DNA of 64,000 nucleotides, from positions 851 to 64,850 of the forward strand of contig CAYTFH010000015.1 of the NCBI GenBank assembly GCA_964437095.1, written 5' to 3'. The first letter of the stretch is position 1, and every line of letters starts with the position of its first letter. The stretch comes from an uncultured bacterium (GTDB lineage Bacteria; Sysuimicrobiota; Sysuimicrobiia; Sysuimicrobiales; Sysuimicrobiaceae). The notes beneath the pieces were generated by a model. That model was not told where the DNA came from, did not search any database, and saw nothing but the letters and a program-made list of their open reading frames with translations. Position numbers and translations under genes: made by a program. Below, one piece after another: positions 19,801 to 27,280 of the stretch.

Positions 19801-20700
19801 TTGCGCCGACGCCAAGCCGGGCCCCTGTGCGGCCGGCGGCCCCGCGCGGCGGGCCCCGGCGGGTTGCTGCTGGTGGCCGTCCTGTTCCTGGCGGGCTGCC
19901 AGCCCTACGTCCGCGTCAGCACTGCGGCCCGGGAGGCCTACCAGCCCCTGGAGGGGTTCGCGGTGCGCATGAACTTCATGCCCCGTAAGCCCGACGCGGA
20001 CGCGGGCAAGAAGATCTACGAAGCCCGCTGCGCCGTCTGCCACGGGCCGGAAGGGCGCGGGGACGGCCCCATGGCCCAGCAGCTCACCGCGCCGGAGAAG
20101 AACCCGTACACGGACTTTCTGAGCCTGTTCCGGATCCACCCGAAGACGGAACCCCTGCCGAGCCGTCCCGCGCGGTTCAACAACCTGGACCAGATGCGGC
20201 TGAACGCGCCCTTTGCCATGTTCGAGACCATCGCCCGGGGCCGGCCCCACACCGCCATGCCGGGGTTCCAGCACCCCGCCTACGGGGCCGTGGACGGGGG
20301 CGAGCCGAGGTTGTCCGACCAGGAGATCTGGGGCGTGCTGTTCTGGGAGTGGAGCCGGACCACCAGCCGTGAGCGCCTGGCACAGGGGCGGCGGATCTAC
20401 AACGAGATGTGCGCCAGCTGCCATGGGGTCCGCGGCGACGGCAACGGCCCGGAGGCCGCGAAGATCCGGGAGGAAGTGTGGACGTGGGCGCGGGGCGTGG
20501 GCCCCGGTATTTTCACCGACCGGGACTGGATGGCGTACCGTAAGCCCACGGAGCTGTACCAGAAGGTGGCCGAAGGGGTCCGGCGCCGCGGGCTGGAGCT
20601 CATGCCCGCGTACGCGGACAAGCTCACCCCGGACCAGATCTGGACCGTGGTAGAGTACCTGTGGACGTTCGTGTACACGCCTCCCCGGGAGATGCGGTAG
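19801..20700 (+). CDS. dihaem cytochrome c lipoprotein
   Basis: two CxxCH motifs (CAVCHG, CASCHG); lipobox LAGC; TTG start after AGGAGG (alternative ATG at 19666). Confidence 0.75.
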   Translation: MRRRQAGPLCGRRPRAAGPGGLLLVAVLFLAGCQPYVRVSTAAREAYQPLEGFAVRMNFMPRKPDADAGKKIYEARCAVCHGPEGRGDGPMAQQLTAPEKNPYTDFLSLFRIHPKTEPLPSRPARFNNLDQMRLNAPFAMFETIARGRPHTAMPGFQHPAYGAVDGGEPRLSDQEIWGVLFWEWSRTTSRERLAQGRRIYNEMCASCHGVRGDGNGPEAAKIREEVWTWARGVGPGIFTDRDWMAYRKPTELYQKVAEGVRRRGLELMPAYADKLTPDQIWTVVEYLWTFVYTPPREMR

Positions 20701-20719
20701 GCGTGCCGAGGGTGAACGG

Positions 20720-21364
20720 GTGAACCGGAGGACGTTCCTCAAGCTCCTGAGCGCAGTGCCCGCGTTGGGGGCCCTGGGCGCGTTCCTGGCCCCGGTGCTG
20801 CGGTACCTCAAGCCGAACCTGGAAGCCGGCTTGGGCGTCCCCAAGGGTAAGGTGGTGCCGGACCTGGCCGAGGGCGACCTCCCCAAGGGGGAAGCCCTGC
20901 CCATCGCCACCCTGGAGGAGCTGCGGGAGCCGTGGTCCAGCAAGTTCTTCGTGTTCACGCAGAAGTACCCCCAGTACACGCCCGAGCAGGCGAAGGCGGC
21001 TACGGTACCCGGGGTGGCCGTCAAGCTGCCGTGGAAGCTGTCGTTCCCGGGCTACAAGGGGGGCAAGGAGCCCACGGACATCGTGGTCTTCTCCCGCATC
21101 TGTCCGCACCTGGGCTGCATCTTCAACTACGTGCCCAACTGGCGGGAGGTGACCGCGGGCTACGGCGGGTACGTGCCGCCGGAGGACCGCCGCCACGGGC
21201 TGATGGCCTGCCCGTGCCACCTGTCCATCTATGACCCCGCGGACCGGGAACTGCCCGGTCGGGTGCTGTCGGGCCCCGCGCCCCGCCCGCCCCGGTTCTT
21301 CACCTACGAGATCCGCGACGGGGTCATCGTGGTGACCGGCGCGGAGCCCGGCGGGATCGCCTGA
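20720..21364 (+). CDS. Rieske [2Fe-2S] subunit of a cytochrome bc/b6f-type complex
   Basis: Tat motif RRTFLK; CPHLGC...CPCHLS Rieske boxes. Confidence 0.9.
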   Translation: MNRRTFLKLLSAVPALGALGAFLAPVLRYLKPNLEAGLGVPKGKVVPDLAEGDLPKGEALPIATLEELREPWSSKFFVFTQKYPQYTPEQAKAATVPGVAVKLPWKLSFPGYKGGKEPTDIVVFSRICPHLGCIFNYVPNWREVTAGYGGYVPPEDRRHGLMACPCHLSIYDPADRELPGRVLSGPAPRPPRFFTYEIRDGVIVVTGAEPGGIA

Positions 21365-21376
21365 GGGGGCTTCGGG

Positions 21377-22525
21377 ATGTGGGACCGGCTGCGGGAGTGG
21401 TTCCGGGAGCGCAAGGAGAAGCTGGACCTGTTCGACGAGACCCGCGTGGACCGGCAGGACAACCCCCTCTACATCCTCGGGCAGATCGTGTACTTCTCCT
21501 GGATCGCGGTGGTGGTGAGCGGCATCCTGCTCATGATCTGGTACGAGCCCACCGCCCACGGCGCGTACAACTCCATCCTCCGGATCCAGCGGGAGATCCC
21601 CTTCGGCTGGCTCATCCGCGGCGTCCACAAGTACGGCGCGGACATGCTCATCCTGGCCATCACCCTCCGCATCTACCGGATGTACTTCCTCGGCGAGTAC
21701 AAGCGGCCCCACGAGCTGTCGTGGATGATCCTGTTCGGGTCCCTGGTCCTGGCCATGATCTCCGGCCTCACGGGCTACCTGCTCATCTGGAACCAGCGGG
21801 CCTTCTGGGCCGCCAAGGTGGTGCTCACCGTGGCGGTGTACCTGGACCAGTTGCCCCTGGTCGGCCAGACGCGGTTCGGCAGCGCCATCGCCTTCGCCTT
21901 CCTCGGTGGGCCCGCGGAGGGGCAGGGGACCCTCACCCGCTTCTACGCCATCCACTTCGGCATCTCCGCCCTGTTGCTGGTGGCCACGGAGGTGTACTTC
22001 TACTTCACCCGTAGGCGCCGGTTCGTGCTGTCGCCTGCGGCCCTGGTGATCCTCGCCCTCATGCTGGTGGTCACCAGCTACGTGTTCCCCGCGGAGATGG
22101 GCCGGCGCGCCGATCCCAACCGCACCCCGCTGCCCATCCTGTCGGACTGGTACTTCCTGGCCCTGTACCAGTACGTGAAGTACACCCCGCCCCTGTGGGC
22201 GGGCCTGGGGCCGGGCCTGCTCATCGCGTACGGCATGCTGGTCCCGTTCCTGGACCGCAGCAAGGGCCGCCGGCCCTCGGAGCGGCCCTTCTTCACCGTG
22301 GTGGGCGTGATGGCCCTCACCTACTTCCTGGTGTTTACCGCCCTGATCATGTTCAACATCGCGGTGATCGGCCGGGACCCGCACGTGGTGCTGCTGGTCA
22401 CCGCGGCCACCCTGACCTTGGGCCTGGCGCTGGAGCTGCGCTACCGGAAGCGCAGGAAGCTGGCGGAGGCCGCCGCTCCATCTCCCGCGCCGCGGCCCGC
22501 CCCGGCCCGGGCCACGGCGGGGTGA
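21377..22525 (+). CDS. cytochrome b (b6 fused to subunit IV), atypical: n-side haem ligands absent
   Basis: [14 protein letters not shown] and TLTRFYAIH align to PetB, but the second His of each pair is Arg and Tyr; SDWYF subunit-IV motif. Confidence 0.85.
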   Translation: [382 protein letters not shown]

Positions 22526-22529
22526 AGCG

Positions 22530-22793
22530 GTGGACGTGGCCCGGTTCGCTGCGTCCTTTCTGGCCGCGGTGCTGAGCCTGCACGAGACCGTGCGGGCCCT
22601 CCGGGGGGCGTGGCTGCACCCGGCGCCCGATCGGTGGCTGCTGGCGGCGGGCTGGCTGGTCCTGGCAGCGGCCTCCGGGCTGTGGGCGGGGTACGTGGTG
22701 TACGCGGCGGACCGCCGGTCCGGACGCGTCCGCCGCCGGGTGGCTCTGTACGAACGGTGGATGGCGGCGCAGCGGGGAGGGAGGTGGCCGTGA
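22530..22793 (+). CDS. small two-TM membrane protein (possible bc-complex small subunit)
   Basis: GTG start 5 nt after cyt b stop; two hydrophobic helices. Confidence 0.45.
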   Translation: MDVARFAASFLAAVLSLHETVRALRGAWLHPAPDRWLLAAGWLVLAAASGLWAGYVVYAADRRSGRVRRRVALYERWMAAQRGGRWP

Positions 22794-22984
22794 ACGGACC
22801 CGGCCGGTACCTGGCCCTGGCGGGCTTCCTGGCGGCGGTGGGCCTGGTGTGCGTGGCCCTCATGGTGTACGGCGAGTGGACCGACCGGCGCCTGGTGGCC
22901 TCCGGCGCCGTGGGCGTGCTCCTGGTGCTGTACGCGGCCATCGTGGTCCTGTTCCGGAAGGCGCACCTGACCGCGGAGGAGTGA
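22790..22984 (+). CDS. small two-TM membrane protein (64 aa)
   Basis: GTGA overlap with preceding ORF, GGGGAGGGAGG RBS; two TM helices. Confidence 0.45.
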   Translation: MNGPGRYLALAGFLAAVGLVCVALMVYGEWTDRRLVASGAVGVLLVLYAAIVVLFRKAHLTAEE

Positions 22985-22985
22985 G

Positions 22986-24161
22986 GTGTACCGGCGGATC
23001 CTGAGGGGACTGCAGAGCGCCACCCTGCGGGTGGACGTGTGGATCAACGGGGTCCTGCCGCAGGATTTCAACCCCCTGTACTACACGGGCGGTCTGAGCA
23101 ACCTGTTCCTGACCATCCTGGTGGTCTCCGGGATCCTCATCTTCCTGTACTACGAGCCCAGCCTGGAGGGGGCGTACGCCTCCGTGGAGTTCCTGACCCG
23201 GGACGTGCCCTACGGGGTGGTGTTCCGCGGCATCCACCGGTACGCCGCGGACGCCTACCTGGTGGCCATCCTCCTGCACCTGTTCCGGAACTGGTTCACC
23301 GACCGCTACCGGGAGGCCCGGGACAGCCAGTGGCTGTCGGGGATGTTCCTCCTGGTGGTGTCGGCCTTCACGGGCTTCACCGGGTACCTACTGGTGTGGG
23401 ACGAGCGGGCGCAGCTGCTGAGTAGCCTCACGGTGCAGGCCCTGCGGTCGGTGCCCCTGGTCGGGCCCTGGCTGGCCCAGGTGTTCCTGGGCGGCCCGGG
23501 GGTGAGCGACACCACCCTGCCGCGCTTCCTCTTCCTGCACATCGGGCCGGCCATGACCCTGTACGTGCTCCTGTGGTGGCACTACGTCCGGCTGCGCCAC
23601 CCCAAGATCTGGCCGCCCGCGGTGTGGGTCCTGTTCAGCCTGGGATTGCTGTTCATCCTGGCGTCCGCCCTGCCTGCGGCCAGCGGCCGGCCCGCGCAGC
23701 CCGGCGCTTCCCCCGAGGGGTTCCCGGTGGACTGGTTCTTCCTGTGGCCGTACGTGCTGGCCCGTTGGATGGCCCCGGGTTGGGCCCTGGCCCTGGTGGC
23801 GGCCCTGGTGGCGTACGGCATGGTGATCCCCTACACCCTGCGGGAGACCCCGGAGGAACGGGAGGTGCGGGCCCTGGGGCAGGCGGTGGTGGTGGAGGAG
23901 AACTGCACCGGCTGCGATCTGTGCTACTACGACTGCCCGTACAACGCCATCTACATGGTGCCCAGCCCCTACCCGGGCAAGAGCCGGGCCGCGGCCAACC
24001 GCAAGCTGCTGGCCGTGGTGGTGGACTCCCGGTGCGTGGAGTGCGGCATCTGCATCGGCGCATGCCCCTTCGAGGCTCTGGAACTTCCGAGGATGTTGGA
24101 CAAGGACGTGCAGGAACGCATCCGGCGGGGGGCCCAGGCACCGGCCCCCGCCACCCCGTGA
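22986..24161 (+). CDS. cytochrome b (b6 + subunit IV-like) fused to a C-terminal 2x[4Fe-4S] ferredoxin domain
   Basis: all four haem His retained (IHRYAADAYLVAILLH; LHIGPAMTLYVLLWWH); CTGCDLCYYDCP and CVECGICIGACP motifs. Confidence 0.85.
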   Translation: MYRRILRGLQSATLRVDVWINGVLPQDFNPLYYTGGLSNLFLTILVVSGILIFLYYEPSLEGAYASVEFLTRDVPYGVVFRGIHRYAADAYLVAILLHLFRNWFTDRYREARDSQWLSGMFLLVVSAFTGFTGYLLVWDERAQLLSSLTVQALRSVPLVGPWLAQVFLGGPGVSDTTLPRFLFLHIGPAMTLYVLLWWHYVRLRHPKIWPPAVWVLFSLGLLFILASALPAASGRPAQPGASPEGFPVDWFFLWPYVLARWMAPGWALALVAALVAYGMVIPYTLRETPEEREVRALGQAVVVEENCTGCDLCYYDCPYNAIYMVPSPYPGKSRAAANRKLLAVVVDSRCVECGICIGACPFEALELPRMLDKDVQERIRRGAQAPAPATP

Positions 24162-24170
24162 GGCAGGACC

Positions 24171-24596
24171 ATGGCCACCGTACCGGAGCGAACTCCCAGC
24201 CCTGACAGCCCGCCCCGGGTGGTGGGTTTCCTGTGCGACTGGGCGGTGCGCAGCGAGGGATTGCTGAACCCCGACGACACCCTGGTGGGCATGCCTCACG
24301 TGACCGTGATCCGGGTGCCGTGTTCGGGGTTCGTGAAGCCCAGCTGGCTGGAGCTGGCCCTCCGCAGCGGCGCCGCGGGGACCTTCGTGTGCGGTTGCCC
24401 CATGGGGGACTGCCTGAACCGGGAGGGCAACTGGATCATCGAGGACCGCATCGACCAGCTCCGCAAGCGGCTCAGCCGTCAGAAGGTGGACCCCGATCGG
24501 GTGGCCTTCTTCGCCTACGGCCTGCACGACCGGGAAGCCTTCCTGCAAGCGGTGGCGGAGTTCGTGGAGCGGCTGCGGTCGGGAGGGAAGCGGTGA
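24171..24596 (+). CDS. MvhD/FlpD-like iron-sulfur protein (hydrogenase delta-subunit family), standalone
   Basis: FLCDW...VIRVPCSG...VCGCPMGDCLNREGN matches the FlpD Cys pattern (5 of 6 Cys). Confidence 0.75.
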   Translation: MATVPERTPSPDSPPRVVGFLCDWAVRSEGLLNPDDTLVGMPHVTVIRVPCSGFVKPSWLELALRSGAAGTFVCGCPMGDCLNREGNWIIEDRIDQLRKRLSRQKVDPDRVAFFAYGLHDREAFLQAVAEFVERLRSGGKR

Positions 24597-24709
24597 CGCG
24601 GTTTGGCCCCAAGCGGTGGAGGACGTACCTGTGGTACGCGGTGTTCTACCTCCTGTTCTTCGCCCTGTTGCTGTTCGTGGCGGCCTTCGGCCTGGTGGCG
24701 GAGGCGTAG
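24593..24709 (+). CDS. 38-aa single-TM peptide (FixQ/CcoQ-like position)
   Basis: GTGA overlap with MvhD-like stop; YLWYAVFYLLFFALLLFVAAFGLV helix; directly precedes CcoN-like gene. Confidence 0.4.
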   Translation: MTRFGPKRWRTYLWYAVFYLLFFALLLFVAAFGLVAEA

Positions 24710-24723
24710 GCCCGGAGGGACGG

Positions 24724-26115
24724 ATGCTGGTGTGGATGTTCACGGACGAGCGGTGGAGTTCCGCCCGGCGCTTCCTGTACACGGGCGCCCTGTGGGGACT
24801 CGTGGCCCTGGCGTACGAGGTCCTGGTGGCCCTGCAGCGAGCCTGGCCCCAGCTGCTGGCGGACGTCCCCTGGGCTGCGCACGGGCGGGCGGTGGCGGCG
24901 GCCCACGACCTGTGGGTGTACGGGGTCCTCTCGAGCTTGCTGGTGGGAGCCGCCCTTCGGGTGGTGGGCCAGGGCGACCGGGAGGGGCTGTGGAGCGAGC
25001 CGCTGGCGAACCTGAGCGTCTGGCTGTGGAACCTGGCCCAGGTGTTGGGCTGGTGGTGGTTGTCCGTGGGCTGGACCCGGGGCCGGCCGGGGGCCGAAGC
25101 GCCCTGGCCGGTGGACCTGCTGCGGCTTGCGGCGGGGCTGCTGCTGCTGTGGGTGGTCCGCAGGACCCTCGCCCGCAATCCCCGCCGGGAGCCGGGGCTC
25201 GCCCTCCTCGCGGTCGCCTTCACCGCCTTCCCCTTGGTGCTGGTGCTCGGCAAGGGGCTGTTCTGGCCCTTCGACAACCCGTACCGGGGGGTCGTGGACG
25301 CCCTGGCGCAGGCCTTCCTGCGGGCGGGCTTGGTGTGGCTGTGGCTGGCGCCCCTGGCCAGCGGGGTTTCCCTGTACGTCCTGGCAGCCTTGGGCGGACG
25401 TCCGGGGCTGTCGGAGGGGCTGGGGATGGCCGCGGTGACGGGTTTTGCGGGGTTCGGCGCCCTCGCGGGCCCCTCGGCCTTCGTGTGGGGCCCGATCCTC
25501 TTCTGGGTGCAGACCCTGGGTGCGGTGGCGCAGGCCCTGTTGCTGCTGCCGGTGGCCACCGTGCTGACCGGTGCGGTGCGGTCCCTGGAGGGGAGCTGGC
25601 ACGGGCCCGGTGACCACCCCGGGGTGGCCCTGGTGCTGGCGGGGCTTGTGGCCGTGTTGTGCGGCGCCGCCGCCTCTGCGCTCGCCTCCGTGGCGGGCCC
25701 CAGCCGGGTCATCCACCTTTCCGCCTGGCTGGAGGGAACCAGAGCCCTGACGGTGGGCGGTCTGAGCGCGGTGGCGGCGGGGTGCACGTACCTGCTGACC
25801 CCGCACGTCCTGGGGCGGGCCCTGGCCAGCAGGAGCCTGGCGTGGCGGCACCTGTGGCTCGTGGTGGGTGGCTGGGCGGTGGGCGTTCCCGCGCTGCTGC
25901 TGGCGGGGTTGAGCCAGGGAGCGGTGTGGGCCACGGGCACGGTCCCCTTCGCCCACTCCGTGGAGGCCGCGCGGCCCCTGCTGGCGGCGGGCGTGACGTG
26001 GGCAGTGCTCGGGTGGGTCGGACAGGCGGTGTTCGCGTGGAACCTGTTCCTGACCGCGGACTCAGGGGAGCCGGTGCCCGCGGCGGAGCAGGAGCTGGCG
26101 CCCGTGGCGGGCTAG
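24724..26115 (+). CDS. cbb3-type oxidase subunit I (CcoN) homologue lacking the CuB/high-spin haem His ligands
   Basis: N-terminus ALQRAWP...PWAAHGRAVAAAHDLWVYG aligns to CcoN helix I-II; 12-TM hydrophobicity; no HH pair anywhere; WWYGHN region is WWWLSV. Confidence 0.7.
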   Translation: MLVWMFTDERWSSARRFLYTGALWGLVALAYEVLVALQRAWPQLLADVPWAAHGRAVAAAHDLWVYGVLSSLLVGAALRVVGQGDREGLWSEPLANLSVWLWNLAQVLGWWWLSVGWTRGRPGAEAPWPVDLLRLAAGLLLLWVVRRTLARNPRREPGLALLAVAFTAFPLVLVLGKGLFWPFDNPYRGVVDALAQAFLRAGLVWLWLAPLASGVSLYVLAALGGRPGLSEGLGMAAVTGFAGFGALAGPSAFVWGPILFWVQTLGAVAQALLLLPVATVLTGAVRSLEGSWHGPGDHPGVALVLAGLVAVLCGAAASALASVAGPSRVIHLSAWLEGTRALTVGGLSAVAAGCTYLLTPHVLGRALASRSLAWRHLWLVVGGWAVGVPALLLAGLSQGAVWATGTVPFAHSVEAARPLLAAGVTWAVLGWVGQAVFAWNLFLTADSGEPVPAAEQELAPVAG

Positions 26116-26125
26116 GAGGCGTCGG

Positions 26126-26587
26126 GTGAGGGACCCTGTGATCCCTGTGGTGCGGTTCGTGGTGGCCGCGGTGCTGTGCGGTTTTCTGGCCACGGTGCTG
26201 CTGCCGAGGCTGGACCCCGCCGTCCGACCCGCCCGCGCTGCGCCCCTCGGGCCGCAGATCCAGCGGGGCCGGTGGGTGTACGTCCGTGAGGGCTGTGTGG
26301 CCTGCCACACCCAGCAGGTGCGGGCGGTGGAGGCCCGGTTCGGGGTGGTGCGGGGTCAAGGGGACGTGGGAGAAGCTTCCGGGCCCGCCCAGTACGCGGG
26401 ACAGAACCCCGTTCTGCTGGGGTCCTTGCGGCTGGGCCCGGACCTATCCCACGTGGGGGCCCGCAGCCAGGACCCCAACCAGCTGCGGTCGTTGCTGCGG
26501 TCCGGCAGCGTGGGGATGCCGCCGGTCCGGTACCTTTCGGAGTCCGAGCTGTCGGACCTGGTGGCGTACCTGTTAAGCCTGCGCTAG
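26126..26587 (+). CDS. cbb3-type oxidase subunit II (CcoO/FixO)-like monohaem cytochrome c
   Basis: VYVREGCVACHTQQVR and RLGPDLSHVG match CcoO signatures. Confidence 0.8.
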   Translation: MRDPVIPVVRFVVAAVLCGFLATVLLPRLDPAVRPARAAPLGPQIQRGRWVYVREGCVACHTQQVRAVEARFGVVRGQGDVGEASGPAQYAGQNPVLLGSLRLGPDLSHVGARSQDPNQLRSLLRSGSVGMPPVRYLSESELSDLVAYLLSLR

Positions 26588-26623
26588 GACCATGTCCGAG
26601 AAAGGTTCGCGGTTGACGGAATT

Positions 26624-26664
26624 GGGGTCCCCGAGGATCGCGCCTGCGATTCTCGGGGCGGTCT
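26624..26664. repeat. copy 1 of a ~40-nt palindromic intergenic motif GGGGTCCCC..GCGATTCT.GGGGCGGTCT
   Basis: imperfect hairpin CCCCGAGGATCGC/GCGATTCTCGGGG; second copy at 45415..45453. Confidence 0.6.
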
Positions 26665-26674
26665 AGGAGGAACC

Positions 26675-27214
26675 ATGGCGGAGCAGGCCCAGACCGTCCG
26701 TCCCTCTCGGTGGCTGCTGGCCCTGTACGTCCTGCTGCCCCTGTGGGCCGTGGCGTACCTGTTCGTGGCGGGAGGCCTGGTGCAGCCGGAAGTTCAGCCC
26801 GTGGCCCGCACCGTGGAGGGGGTCTCCGTGGGAGCCGGGCCCGTGGTGGACGACCCCGAGCACGTCATGGGCATCCTGGCGGTGGTCCCCGAGGACGCCC
26901 GGGACGACCGGCCGCCGCGGCCCATGACCGAGGCCATGCTGGCCCAGGCCAAGACCCAGTACGACACCCTGTGCGCCGTGTGCCACGGTCCGGAGGGCCG
27001 GGGCGACGGGCCCGCGGGCGCGGCGCTGAACCCCAAGCCCATGAACTTCCACTACCGGTCCTTCCAGGAGCGCATGCCCGTGGGCGCCACCCACTGGGTG
27101 ATCAAGAACGGCCTCGGCAACACCCCGCGGCGCAGCGGCATGCCCGCCTTCGGCCAGCTGCCCGACGACCAGATCTGGGCCCTGGTGGAGTACGTGCGCC
27201 GGCTGGGCCGCTAA
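26675..27214 (+). CDS. membrane-anchored monohaem cytochrome c
   Basis: N-terminal TM, CAVCHG, distal Met (SGMPAF); AGGAGG RBS. Confidence 0.8.
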   Translation: MAEQAQTVRPSRWLLALYVLLPLWAVAYLFVAGGLVQPEVQPVARTVEGVSVGAGPVVDDPEHVMGILAVVPEDARDDRPPRPMTEAMLAQAKTQYDTLCAVCHGPEGRGDGPAGAALNPKPMNFHYRSFQERMPVGATHWVIKNGLGNTPRRSGMPAFGQLPDDQIWALVEYVRRLGR

Positions 27215-27280
27215 GACTGTGTCCGGGAAGACCGTGGCCGTTGGCGATCCCGCCACCGGTGTGACCTGAGGAGGTCTGAC

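Noticed and set aside
20624-23071. 815-aa minus-strand ORF, with similar long antisense ORFs at 2388..3506, 6615..7811, 7948..9447, 12645..14177, 23388..25940 and 56534..58972
   Set aside because: Arg/Pro/Gly/His-rich low-complexity translations typical of the reverse frame in ~70% GC DNA. Each lies antisense to strongly supported + strand genes with clear motifs.
24724-26115. Calling the CcoN-like protein a functional cbb3 cytochrome oxidase (ccoN)
   Set aside because: No HH pair or other CuB-ligand His is present at the aligned positions. It is annotated as an oxidase-like scaffold, not a catalytic oxidase.
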